From: Auanema rhodensis
Lineage: Eukaryota > Animalia > Nematoda
Length of the DNA stretch: 64,000 nt
NCBI GenBank assembly: GCA_964057225.1
Contig: OZ059896.1
Span: 558,001-622,000, forward strand
Direction: 5' to 3'
Position numbers and translations under genes: made by a program. The notes beneath the pieces were generated by a model. It was given only the letters and a program-made list of their open reading frames with translations. It ran no database searches and was not told the origin of the DNA. Shown here in pieces: positions 33,401 through 48,400 of the stretch (positions within the stretch are counted from its first letter, which is position 1; every line of letters begins with the position of its first letter).

Positions 33401-36400
33401 GTGAAGCGAGTTACATACCAAGTGCACATCACGTGTACATTCAATTAGCATAAATTAAAGTTCACGTAAATTTCAAAGTCATGGTTACCATGCACCAATA
33501 TCAATAAAAATTTGTTTTTAGACTAATATGGACATGGGGAATCTAATTTTGAAAACCGCATCTCTTCATCTTTCACGTGAAGCGAGTTACATACCAAGTG
33601 CACATCACGTGTACATTTAATTAGCATAAATTAAAGTTCACGTAAATTTCAAAGTCATGGTTACCATGCACCAATATCAATAAAAATTTGTTTTTAGACT
33701 AATATGGACATGAGGAATCTAATTTTGAAAACCGCATCTCTTTATCTTTCACGTGAAGCGAGTTACATACCAAGTGCACATCACGTGTACATTTAATTAG
33801 CATAAATTAAAGTTCACGTAAATTTCAAAGTCACGGTTACCATGCACCAATATCAATAAAAATTTGTTTTTAGACTAATATGGACATGGGGAATCTAATT
33901 TTGAAAACCGCATCTCTTTATCTTTCACGTGAAGCGAGTTACATACCAAGTGCACATCACGTGTACATTTAATTAGCATAAATTAAAGTTCACGTAAATT
34001 TCAAAGTCATGGTTACCATGCACCAATATCAATAAAAATTTGTTTTTAGACTAATATGGACATGAGGAATCTAATTTTGAAAACCGCATCTCTTTATCTT
34101 TCACGTGAAGCGAGTTACATACCGAGTGCACATCACGCGTACATTTAATTAGCATAAATTAAAGTTCACGTAAATTTCAAAGTCATGGTTACCATGCACC
34201 AATATCAATAAAAATTTGTTTTTAGACTAATATGGACATGGGGAATCTAATTTTGAAAACCGCATCTCTTTATCTTTCACGTGAAGCGAGTTACATACCA
34301 AGTGCACATCACGTGTACATTTAATTAGCATAAATTAAAGTTCACGTAAATTTCAAAGTCATGGTTACCATGAACCAATATCAATTAAAATTTGTTTTTA
34401 GACTAATATGGACATGGGCAATCTAATTTTGAAAACCGCATCTCTTTATCTTTCACGTGAAGCGAGTTACATACCAAGTGCACATCACGTGTACATTTAA
34501 TTAGCATAAATTAAAGTTCACGTAAATTTCAAAGTCATGGTTACCATGCACCAATATCAATAAAAATTTGTTTTTAGACTAATATGGACATGGGGAATCT
34601 AATTTTGAAAACCGCATCTCTTCATCTTTCACGTGAAGCGAGTTACATACCAAGTGCACATCACGTGTACATTTAATTAGCATAAATTAAAGTTCACGTA
34701 AATTTCAAAGTCATGGTTACCATGAACCAATATCAATTAAAGTTTGTTTTTAGACTAATATGGACATGGGCAATCTAATTTTGAAAACCGCATCTCTTTA
34801 TCTTTCACGTGAAGCGAGTTACATACCAAGTGCACATCACGTGTACATTTAATTAGCATAAATTAAAGTTCACGTAAATTTCAAAGTCATGGTTACCATG
34901 CACCAATACCAATAAAAATTTGTTTTTAGACTAATATGGACATGGGGAATCTAATTTTGAAAACCGCATCTCTTTATCTTTCACGTGAAGCGAGTTACAT
35001 ACCAAGTGCACATCACGTGTACATTTAATTAGCATAAATTAAAGTTCACGTAAATTTCAAAGTCATGGTTACCATGAACCAATATCAATTAAAATTTGTT
35101 TTTAGACTAATATGGACATGGGCAATCTAATTTTGAAAACCGCATCTCTTTATCTTTCACGTGAAGCGAGTTACATACCAAGTGCACATCACGTGTACAT
35201 TTAATTAGCATAAATTAAAGTTCACGTAAATTTCAAAGTCATGGTTACCATGCACCAATATCAATAAAAATTTGTTTTTAGACTAATATGGACATGGGGA
35301 ATCTAATTTTGAAAACCGCATCTCTTTATCTTTCACGTGAAGCGAGTTACATACCAAGTGCACATCACGTGTACATTTAATTAGCATAAATTAAAGTTCA
35401 CGTAAATTTCAAAGTCATGGTTACCATGCACCAATATCAATAAAAATTTGTTTTTAGACTAATATGGACATGGGGAATCTAATTTTGAAAACCGCATCTC
35501 TTCATCTTTCACGTGAAGCGAGTTACATACCAAGTGCACATCACGTGTACATTTAATTAGCATAAATTAAAGTTCACGTAAATTTCAAAGTCATGGTTAC
35601 CATGCACCAATATCAATAAAAATTTGTTTTTAGACTAATATGGACATGAGGAATCTAATTTTGAAAACCGCATCTCTTTATCTTTCACGTGAAGCGAGTT
35701 ACATACCAAGTGCACATCACGTGTACATTTAATTAGCATAAATTAAAGTTCACGTAAATTTCAAAGTCACGGTTACCATGCACCAATATCAATAAAAATT
35801 TGTTTTTAGACTAATATGGACATGGGGAATCTAATTTTGAAAACCGCATCTCTTTATCTTTCACGTGAAGCGAGTTACATACCAAGTGCACATCACGTGT
35901 ACATTTAATTAGCATAAATTAAAGTTCACGTAAATTTCAAAGTCATGGTTACCATGCACCAATATCAATAAAAATTTGTTTTTAGACTAATATGGACATG
36001 AGGAATCTAATTTTGAAAACCGCATCTCTTTATCTTTCACGTGAAGCGAGTTACATACCGAGTGCACATCACGCGTACATTTAATTAGCATAAATTAAAG
36101 TTCACGTAAATTTCAAAGTCATGGTTACCATGCACCAATATCAATAAAAATTTGTTTTTAGACTAATATGGACATGGGGAATCTAATTTTGAAAACCGCA
36201 TCTCTTCATCTTTCACGTGAAGCGAGTTACATACCAAGTGCACATCACGTGTACATTTAATTAGCATAAATTAAAGTTCACGTAAATTTCAAAGTCATGG
36301 TTACCATGAACCAATATCAATTAAAGTTTGTTTTTAGACTAATATGGACATGGGCAATCTAATTTTGAAAACCGCATCTCTTTATCTTTCACGTGAAGCG

Positions 36401-39400
36401 AAATACATACCAAGTGCACATCACGTGTACATTTAATTAGCATAAATTAAAGTTCACGTAAATTTCAAAGTCATGGTTACCATGCACCAGTATCAATGAA
36501 AATTTGTTTTTAGACTAATATGGACATGGGGAATCTAATTTCGAAAACCGCATCTCTTTATCTTTCACGTGAAGCGAGTTACATACCAAGTGCACATCAC
36601 GTGTACATTTAATTAGCATAAATTAAAGTTCACGTAAATTTCAAAGTCATGGTTACCATGAACCAATATCAATAAAAATTTGTTTTTAGACTAATATGGA
36701 CATGGGGAATCTAATTTTGAAAACCGCATCTCTTTATCTTTCACGTGAAGCGAGTTACATACCAAGTGCACATCACGTGTACATTTAATTAGCATAAATT
36801 AAAGTTCACGTAAATTTCAAAGTCATGGTTACCATGCACCAATATCAATAAAAATTTGTTTTTAGACTAATATGGACATGGGGAATCTAATTTTGAAAAC
36901 CGCATCTCTTTATCTTTCACGTGAAGCGAGTTACATACCAAGTGCACATCACGTGTACATTTAATTAGCATAAATTAAAGTTCACGTAAATTTCAAAGTC
37001 ATGGTTACCATGCACCAATATCAATAAAAATTTGTTTTTAGACTAATATGGACATGGGGAATCTAATTTTGAAAACCGCATCTCTTCATCTTTCACGTGA
37101 AGCGAGTTACATACCAAGTGCACATCACGTGTACATTTAATTAGCATAAATTAAAGTCCACGTAAATTTCAAAGTCATGGTTACCATGCACCAATATCAA
37201 TAAAAATTTGTTTTTAGACTAATATGGACATGGGGAATCTAATTTTGAAAACCGCATCTCTTTATCTTTCACGTGAAGCGAGTTACATACCAAGTGCACA
37301 TCACGTGTACATTTAATTAGCATAAATTAAAGTTCACGTAAATTTCAAAGTCATGGTTACCATGTACCAATATCAATTAAAATTTGTTTTTAGACTAATA
37401 TGGACATGGGCAATCTAATTTTGAAAACCGCATCTCTTTATCTTTCACGTGAAGCGAGTTACATACCAAGTGCACATCACGTGTACATTTAATTAGCATA
37501 AATTAAAGTTCACGTAAATTTCAAAGTCATGGTTACCATGCACCAATATCAATAAAAATTTGTTTTTAGACTAATATGGACATGGGGAATCTAATTTTGA
37601 AAACCGCATCTCTTTATCTTTCACGTGAAGCGAGTTACATACCAAGTGCACATCACGTGTACATTTAATTAGCATAAATTAAAGTTCACGTAAATTTCAA
37701 AGTCATGGTTACCATGCACCAATATCAATAAAAATTTGTTTTTAGACTAATATGGACATGGGGAATCTAATTTTGAAAACCGCATCTCTTTATCTTTCAC
37801 GTGAAGCGAGTTACATACCAAGTGCACATCACGTGTACATTTAATTAGCATAAATTAAAGTTAACGTAATTTTCAAAGTCATGGTTACCATGCACCAATA
37901 TCAATAAAAATTAGTATTTAGACTAATATGGACATGGGGGATCTAATTTTGAAAACCGCATCTCTTTATCTTTCACGTGAAGCGAGTTACATACCAAGTG
38001 CACATCACGTGTACATTTAATTAGCATAAATTAAAGTTCACGTAAATTTCAAAGTCATGGTTACCATGAACCAATATCAATGAAAATTTGTTTTTAGACT
38101 AATATGGACATGGGTAATCTAATTTTGAAAACCGCATCTCTTTAACTTTCACGTGAAGCGAGTTACATACCAAGTGCACATCACGTGTACATTTAATTAG
38201 CATAAATTAAAGTTCACGTAAATTTCAAAGTCATGGTTACCATAAACCAATATCAATAAAAATTTGTTTTTAGACTAATATGGACATGGGGAATCTAATT
38301 TTGAAAACCGCATCTCTTTATCTTTCACGTGAAGCGAGTTACATACCAAGTGCACATCACGTGTACATTTAATTAGCATAAATTAAAGTTCACGTAAATT
38401 TCAAAGTCATGGTTACCATGAACCAATATCAATAAAAATTTGTTTTTAGACTAATATGGACATGGGGAATCTAATTTTGAAAACCGCATCTCTTCATCTT
38501 TCACGTGAAGCGAGTTACATACCAAGTGCACATCACGTGTACATTTAATTAGCATAAATTAAAGTCCACGTAAATTTCAAAGTCATGGTTACCATGCACC
38601 AATATCAATAAAAATTTGTTTTTAGACTAATATGGACATGGGGAATCTAATTTTGAAAACCGCATCTCTTTATCTTTCACGTGAAGCGAGTTACATACCA
38701 AGTGCACATCACGTGTACATTTAATTAGCATAAATTAAAGTTCACGTAAATTTCAAAGTCATGGTTACCATGTACCAATATCAATTAAAATTTGTTTTTA
38801 GACTAATATGGACATGGGCAATCTAATTTTGAAAACCGCATCTCTTTATCTTTCACGTGAAGCGAGTTACATACCAAGTGCACATCACGTGTACATTTAA
38901 TTAGCATAAATTAAAGTTCACGTAAATTTCAAAGTCATGGTTACCATGCACCAATATCAATAAAAATTTGTTTTTAGACTAATATGGACATGGGGAATCT
39001 AATTTTGAAAACCGCATCTCTTTATCTTTCACGTGAAGCGAGTTACATACCAAGTGCACATCACGTGTACATTTAATTAGCATAAATTAAAGTTCACGTA
39101 AATTTCAAAGTCATGGTTACCATGCACCAATATCAATAAAAATTTGTTTTTAGACTAATATGGACATGGGGAATCTAATTTTGAAAACCGCATCTCTTTA
39201 TCTTTCACGTGAAGCGAGTTACATACCAAGTGCACATCACGTGTACATTTAATTAGCATAAATTAAAGTTCACGTAAATTTCAAAGTCATGGTTACCATG
39301 CACCAATATCAATAAAAATTAGTATTTAGACTAATATGGACATGGGGGATCTAATTTTGAAAACCGCATCTCTTTATCTTTCACGTGAAGCGAGTTACAT

Positions 39401-42400
39401 ACCAAGTGCACATCACGTGTACATTTAATTAGCATAAATTAAAGTTCACGTAAATTTCAAAGTCATGGTTACCATGAACCAATATCAATGAAAATTTGTT
39501 TTTAGACTAATATGGACATGGGTAATCTAATTTTGAAAACCGCATCTCTTTAACTTTCACGTGAAGCGAGTTACATACCAAGTGCACATCACGTGTACAT
39601 TTAATTAGCATAAATTAAAGTTCACGTAAATTTCAAAGTCATGGTTACCATAAACCAATATCAATAAAAATTTGTTTTTAGACTAATATGGACATGGGGA
39701 ATCTAATTTTGAAAACCGCATCTCTTTATCTTTCACGTGAAGCGAGTTACATACCAAGTGCACATCACGTGTACATTTAATTAGCATAAATTAAAGTTCA
39801 CGTAAATTTCAAAGTCATGGTTACCATGAACCAATATCAATTAAAATTTGTTTTTAGACTAATATGGACATGGGCAATCTAATTTTGAAAACCGCATCTC
39901 TTTATCTTTCACGTGAAGCGAGTTACATACCAAGTGCACATCACGTGTACATTTAATTAGCATAAATTAAAGTTCACGTAAATTTCAAAGTCATGGTTAC
40001 CATGCACCAATATCAATAAAAATTTGTTTTTAGACTAATATGGACATGGGCAATCTAATTTTGAAAACCGCATCTCTTTATCTTTCACGTGAAGCGAGTT
40101 ACATACCAAGTGCACATCACGTGTACATTTAATTAGCATAAATTAAAGTTCACGTAAATTTCAAAGTCATGGTTACCATGCACCAATATCAATAAAAATT
40201 TGTTTTTAGACTAATATGGACATGGGGAATCTAATTTTGAAAACCGCATCTCTTTATCTTTCACGTGAAGCGAGTTACATACCAAGTGCACATCACGTGT
40301 ACATTTAATTAGCATAAATTAAAGTTCACGTAAATTTCAAAGTCATGGTTACCATGCACCAATATCAATAAAAATTTGTTTTTAGACTAATATGGACATG
40401 GGGAATCTAATTTTGAAAACCGCATCTCTTTATCTTTCACGTGAAGCGAGTTACTTACCAAGTGCACATCACGTGTACATTTAATTAGCATAAATTAAAG
40501 TTCACGTAAATTTCAAAGTCATGGTTACCATGCACCAATATCAATAAAAATTAGTATTTAGACTAATATGGACATGGGGGATCTAATTTTGAAAACCGCA
40601 TCTCTTTATCTTTCACGTGAAGCGAGTTACATACCAAGTGCACATCACGTGTACATTTAATTAGCATAAATTAAAGTTCACGTAAATTTCAAAGTCATGG
40701 TTACCATGAACCAATATCAATGAAAATTTGTTTTTAGACTAATATGGACATGGGTAATCTAATTTTGAAAACCGCATCTCTTTAACTTTCACGTGAAGCG
40801 AGTTACATACCAAGTGCACATCACGTGTACATTTAATTAGCATAAATTAAAGTTCACGTAAATTTCAAAGTCATGGTTACCATGAACCAATATCAATAAA
40901 AATTTGTTTTTAGACTAATATGGACATGGGGAATCTAATTTTGAAAACCGCATCTCTTTATCTTTCACGTGAAGCGAGTTACATACCAAGTGCACATCAC
41001 GTGTACATTTAATTAGCATAAATTAAAGTTCACGTAAATTTCAAAGTCATGGTTACCATGCACCAATATCAATAAAAATTTGTTTTTAGACTAATATGGA
41101 CATGGGGAATCTAATTTTGAAAACCGCATCTCTTCATCTTTCACGTGAAGCGAGTTACATACCAAGTGCACATCACGTGTACATTTAATTAGCATAAATT
41201 AAAGTTCACGTAAATTTCAAAGTCGTGGTTACCATGCACCAATATCAATAAAAATTTGTTTTTAGACTAATATGGACATGGGGAATCTAATTTTGAAAAC
41301 CGCATCTCTTTATCTTTCACGTGAAGCGAGTTACATACCAAGTGCACATCACGTGTACATTTAATTAGCATAAATTAAAGTTCACGTAAATTTCAAAGTC
41401 GTGGTTACCATGCACCAATATCAATAAAAATTCGTTTTTAGACTAATATGGACATGGGGAATCTAATTTTGAAAACCGCATCTCTTTATCTTTCACGTGA
41501 AGCGAGTTACATACCAAGTGCACATCACGTGTACATTTAATTAGCATAAATTAAAGTTCACGTAAATTTCAAAGTCATGGTTACCATGCACCAATATCAA
41601 TAAAAATTTGTTTTTAGACTAATATGGACATGGGGAATCTAATTTTGAAAACCGCATCTCTTTATCTTTCACGTGAAGCGAGTTACATACCAAGTGCACA
41701 TCACGTGTACATTTAATTAGCATAAATTAATGTTCACGTAAATTTCAAAGTCATGGTTACCATGAACCAATATCAATTAAAATTTGTTTTTAGACTAATA
41801 TGGACATGGGCAATTTAATTTTGAAAACCGCATCTCTTTATCTTTCACGTGAAGCGAGTTACATACCAAGTGCACATCACGTGTACATTTAATTAGCATA
41901 AATTAAAGTTCACGTAAATTTCAAAGTCACGGTTACCATGCACCAATATCAATAAAAATTTGTTTTTAGACTAATATGGACATGGGGAATCTAATTTTGA
42001 AAACCGTATCTCTTTATCTTTCACGTGAAGCGAGTTACATACCAAGTGCACATCACGTGTACATTTAATTAGCATAAATTAAAGTTCACGTAAATTTCAA
42101 AGTCATGGTTACCATGAACCAATATCAATAAAAATTTGTTTTTAGACTAATATGGACATGGGGGATCTAATTTTGAAAACCGCATCTCTTTATCTTTCAC
42201 GTGAAGCGAGTTACATACCAAGTGCACATCACGTGTACATTTAATTAGCATAAATTAAAGTTCACGTAAATTTCAAAGTCATGGTTACCATGAACCAATA
42301 TCAATGAAAATTTGTTTTTAGACTAATATGGACATGGGTAATCTAATTTTGAAAACCGCATCTCTTTAACTTTCACGTGAAGCGAGTTACATACCAAGTG

Positions 42401-45400
42401 CACATCACGTGTACATTTAATTAGCATAAATTAAAGTTCACGTAAATTTCAAAGTCATGGTTACCATAAACCAATATCAATAAAAATTTGTTTTTAGACT
42501 AATATGGACATGGGGAATCTAATTTTGAAAACCGCATCTCTTTATCTTTCACGTGAAGCGAGTTACATACCAAGTGCACATCACGTGTACATTTAATTAG
42601 CATAAATTAAAGTTCACGTAAATTTCAAAGTCATGGTTACCATGAACCAATATCAATTAAAATTTGTTTTTAGACTAATATGGACATGGGCAATCTAATT
42701 TTGAAAACCGCATCTCTTTATCTTTCACGTGAAGCGAGTTACATACCAAGTGCACATCACGTGTACATTTAATTAGCATAAATTAAAGTTCACGTAAATT
42801 TCAAAGTCATGGTTACCATGCACCAATATCAATAAAAATTTGTTTTTAGACTAATATGGACATGGGCAATCTAATTTTGAAAACCGCATCTCTTTATCTT
42901 TCACGTGAAGCGAGTTACATACCAAGTGCACATCACGTGTACATTTAATTAGCATAAATTAAAGTTCACGTAAATTTCAAAGTCATGGTTACCATGCACC
43001 AATATCAATAAAAATTTGTTTTTAGACTAATATGGACATGGGGAATCTAATTTTGAAAACCGCATCTCTTTATCTTTCACGTGAAGCGAGTTACATACCA
43101 AGTGCACATCACGTGTACATTTAATTAGCATAAATTAAAGTTCACGTAAATTTCAAAGTCATGGTTACCATGCACCAATATCAATAAAAATTTGTTTTTA
43201 GACTAATATGGACATGGGGAATCTAATTTTGAAAACCGCATCTCTTTATCTTTCACGTGAAGCGAGTTACTTACCAAGTGCACATCACGTGTACATTTAA
43301 TTAGCATAAATTAAAGTTCACGTAAATTTCAAAGTCATGGTTACCATGCACCAATATCAATAAAAATTAGTATTTAGACTAATATGGACATGGGGGATCT
43401 AATTTTGAAAACCGCATCTCTTTATCTTTCACGTGAAGCGAGTTACATACCAAGTGCACATCACGTGTACATTTAATTAGCATAAATTAAAGTTCACGTA
43501 AATTTCAAAGTCATGGTTACCATGAACCAATATCAATGAAAATTTGTTTTTAGACTAATATGGACATGGGTAATCTAATTTTGAAAACCGCATCTCTTTA
43601 ACTTTCACGTGAAGCGAGTTACATACCAAGTGCACATCACGTGTACATTTAATTAGCATAAATTAAAGTTCACGTAAATTTCAAAGTCATGGTTACCATG
43701 AACCAATATCAATAAAAATTTGTTTTTAGACTAATATGGACATGGGGAATCTAATTTTGAAAACCGCATCTCTTTATCTTTCACGTGAAGCGAGTTACAT
43801 ACCAAGTGCACATCACGTGTACATTTAATTAGCATAAATTAAAGTTCACGTAAATTTCAAAGTCATGGTTACCATGCACCAATATCAATAAAAATTTGTT
43901 TTTAGACTAATATGGACATGGGGAATCTAATTTTGAAAACCGCATCTCTTCATCTTTCACGTGAAGCGAGTTACATACCAAGTGCACATCACGTGTACAT
44001 TTAATTAGCATAAATTAAAGTTCACGTAAATTTCAAAGTCGTGGTTACCATGCACCAATATCAATAAAAATTTGTTTTTAGACTAATATGGACATGGGGA
44101 ATCTAATTTTGAAAACCGCATCTCTTTATCTTTCACGTGAAGCGAGTTACATACCAAGTGCACATCACGTGTACATTTAATTAGCATAAATTAAAGTTCA
44201 CGTAAATTTCAAAGTCGTGGTTACCATGCACCAATATCAATAAAAATTCGTTTTTAGACTAATATGGACATGGGGAATCTAATTTTGAAAACCGCATCTC
44301 TTTATCTTTCACGTGAAGCGAGTTACATACCAAGTGCACATCACGTGTACATTTAATTAGCATAAATTAAAGTTCACGTAAATTTCAAAGTCATGGTTAC
44401 CATGCACCAATATCAATAAAAATTTGTTTTTAGACTAATATGGACATGAGGAATCTAATTTTGAAAACCGCATCTCTTTATCTTTCACGTGAAGCGAGTT
44501 ACATACCGAGTGCACATCACGCGTACATTTAATTAGCATAAATTAAAGTTCACGTAAATTTCAAAGTCATGGTTACCATGCACCAATATCAATAAAAATT
44601 TGTTTTTAGACTAATATGGACATGGGGAATCTAATTTTGAAAACCGCATCTCTTCATCTTTCACGTGAAGCGAGTTACATACCAAGTGCACATCACGTGT
44701 ACATTTAATTAGCATAAATTAAAGTTCACGTAAATTTCAAAGTCATGGTTACCATGAACCAATATCAATTAAAGTTTGTTTTTAGACTAATATGGACATG
44801 GGGAATCTAATTTTGAAAACCGCATCTCTTTATCTTTCACGTGAAGCGAGTTACATACCAAGTGCACATCACGTGTACATTTAATTAGCATAAATTAAAG
44901 TTCACGTAAATTTCAAAGTCATGGTTACCATGTACCAATATCAATTAAAATTTGTTTTTAGACTAATATGGACATGGGCAATCTAATTTTGAAAACCGCA
45001 TCTCTTTATCTTTCACGTGAAGCGAGTTACATACCAAGTGCACATCACGTGTACATTTAATTAGCATAAATTAAAGTTCACGTAAATTTCAAAGTCATGG
45101 TTACCATGCACCAATATCAATAAAAATTTGTTTTTAGACTAATATGGACATGGGGAATCTAATTTTGAAAACCGCATCTCTTTATCTTTCACGTGAAGCG
45201 AGTTACATACCAAGTGCACATCACGTGTACATTTAATTAGCATAAATTAAAGTTCACGTAAATTTCAAAGTCATGGTTACCATGCACCAGTATCAATGAA
45301 AATTTGTTTTTAGACTAATATGGACATGGGGAATCTAATTTTGAAAACCGCATCTCTTTATCTTTCACGTGAAGCGAGTTACATACCAAGTGCACATCAC

Positions 45401-48400
45401 GTGTACATTTAATTAGCATAAATTAAAGTTCACGTAAATTTCAAAGTCATGGTTACCATGAACCAATATCAATTAAAATTTGTTTTTAGACTAATATGGA
45501 CATGGGCAATCTAATTTTGAAAACCGCATCTCTTTATCTTTCACGTGAAGCGAGTTACATACCAAGTGCACATCACGTGTACATTTAATTAGCATAAATT
45601 AAAGTTCACGTAAATTTCAAAGTCATGGTTACCATGCACCAATATCAATAAAAATTTGTTTTTAGACTAATATGGACATGGGGAATCTAATTTTGAAAAC
45701 CGCATCTCTTCATCTTTCACGTGAAGCGAGTTACATACCAAGTGCACATCACGTGTACATTTAATTAGCATAAATTAAAGTTCACGTAAATTTCAAAGTC
45801 ATGGTTACCATGAACCAATATCAATGAAAATTTGTTTTTAGACTAATATGGACATGGGTAATCTAATTTTGAAAACCGCATCTCTTTAACTTTCACGTGA
45901 AGCGAGTTACATACCAAGTGCACATCACGTGTACATTTAATTAGCATAAATTAAAGTTCCCATGTCCATTTCAAAGTCATGGTTACCATGAACCAATATC
46001 AATAAAAATTTGTTTTTAGACTAATATGGACATGGGGAATCTAATTTTGAAAACCGCATCTCTTTATCTTTCACGTGAAGCGAGTTACATACCAAGTGCA
46101 CATCACGTGTACATTTAATTAGCATAAATTAAAGTTCACGTAAATTTCAAAGTCATGGTTACCATGAACCAATATCAATTAAAGTTTGTTTTTAGACTAA
46201 TATGGACATGGGCAATCTAATTTTGAAAACCGCATCTCTTTATCTTTCACGTGAAGCGAGTTACATACCAAGTGCACATCACGTGTACATTTAATTAGCA
46301 TAAATTAAAGTTCACGTAAATTTCAAAGTCACGGTTACCATGCACCAATATCAATAAAAATTTGTTTTTAGACTGATATGGACATGGGGAATCTAATTTT
46401 GAAAACCGTATCTCTTTATCTTTCACGTGAAGCGAGTTACATACCAAGTGCACATCACGTGTACATTTAATTAGCATAAATTAAAGTTCACGTAAATTTC
46501 AAAGTCATGGTTACCATGAACCAATATCAATAAAAATTTGTTTTTAGACTAATATGGACATGGGCAATCTAATTTTGAAAACCGCATCTCTTTATCTTTC
46601 ACGTGAAGCGAGTTACATACCAAGTGCACATCACGTGTACATTTAATTAGCATAAATTAAAGTTCACGTAAATTTCAAAGTCATGGTTACCATGCACCAA
46701 TATCAATAAAAATTTGTTTTTAGACTAATATGGACATGAGGAATCTAATTTTGAAAACCGCATCTCTTTATCTTTCACGTGAAGCGAGTTACATACCGAG
46801 TGCACATCACGCGTACATTTAATTAGCATAAATTAAAGTTCACGTAAATTTCAAAGTCATGGTTACCATGCACCAATATCAATAAAAATTTGTTTTTAGA
46901 CTAATATGGACATGGGGAATCTAATTTTGAAAACCGCATCTCTTCATCTTTCACGTGAAGCGAGTTACATACCAAGTGCACATCACGTGTACATTTAATT
47001 AGCATAAATTAAAGTTCACGTAAATTTCAAAGTCATGGTTACCATGAACCAATATCAATTAAAGTTTGTTTTTAGACTAATATGGACATGGGGAATCTAA
47101 TTTTGAAAACCGCATCTCTTTATCTTTCACGTGAAGCGAGTTACATACCAAGTGCACATCACGTGTACATTTAATTAGCATAAATTAAAGTTCACGTAAA
47201 TTTCAAAGTCATGGTTACCATGTACCAATATCAATTAAAATTTGTTTTTAGACTAATATGGACATGGGCAATCTAATTTTGAAAACCGCATCTCTTTATC
47301 TTTCACGTGAAGCGAGTTACATACCAAGTGCACATCACGTGTACATTTAATTAGCATAAATTAAAGTTCACGTAAATTTCAAAGTCATGGTTACCATGCA
47401 CCAATATCAATAAAAATTTGTTTTTAGACTAATATGGACATGGGGAATCTAATTTTGAAAACCGCATCTCTTTATCTTTCACGTGAAGCGAGTTACATAC
47501 CAAGTGCACATCACGTGTACATTTAATTAGCATAAATTAAAGTTCACGTAAATTTCAAAGTCATGGTTACCATGCACCAGTATCAATGAAAATTTGTTTT
47601 TAGACTAATATGGACATGGGGAATCTAATTTTGAAAACCGCATCTCTTTATCTTTCACGTGAAGCGAGTTACATACCAAGTGCACATCACGTGTACATTT
47701 AATTAGCATAAATTAAAGTTCACGTAAATTTCAAAGTCATGGTTACCATGAACCAATATCAATTAAAATTTGTTTTTAGACTAATATGGACATGGGCAAT
47801 CTAATTTTGAAAACCGCATCTCTTTATCTTTCACGTGAAGCGAGTTACATACCAAGTGCACATCACGTGTACATTTAATTAGCATAAATTAAAGTTCACG
47901 TAAATTTCAAAGTCATGGTTACCATGCACCAATATCAATAAAAATTTGTTTTTAGACTAATATGGACATGGGGAATCTAATTTTGAAAACCGCATCTCTT
48001 CATCTTTCACGTGAAGCGAGTTACATACCAAGTGCACATCACGTGTACATTTAATTAGCATAAATTAAAGTTCACGTAAATTTCAAAGTCATGGTTACCA
48101 TGAACCAATATCAATTAAAGTTTGTTTTTAGACTAATATGGACATGGGCAATCTAATTTTGAAAACCGCATCTCTTTATCTTTCACGTGAAGCGAGTTAC
48201 ATACCAAGTGCACATCACGTGTACATTTAATTAGCATAAATTAAAGTTCACGTAAATTTCAAAGTCATGGTTACCATGCACCAATACCAATAAAAATTTG
48301 TTTTTAGACTAATATGGACATGGGGAATCTAATTTTGAAAACCGCATCTCTTTATCTTTCACGTGAAGCGAGTTACATACCAAGTGCACATCACGTGTAC

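Noticed and set aside
46295-46477. 60-aa ORFs in the satellite (also 63542-63724)
   Set aside because: They arise from single substitutions removing a stop in one monomer; there is no coding evidence.
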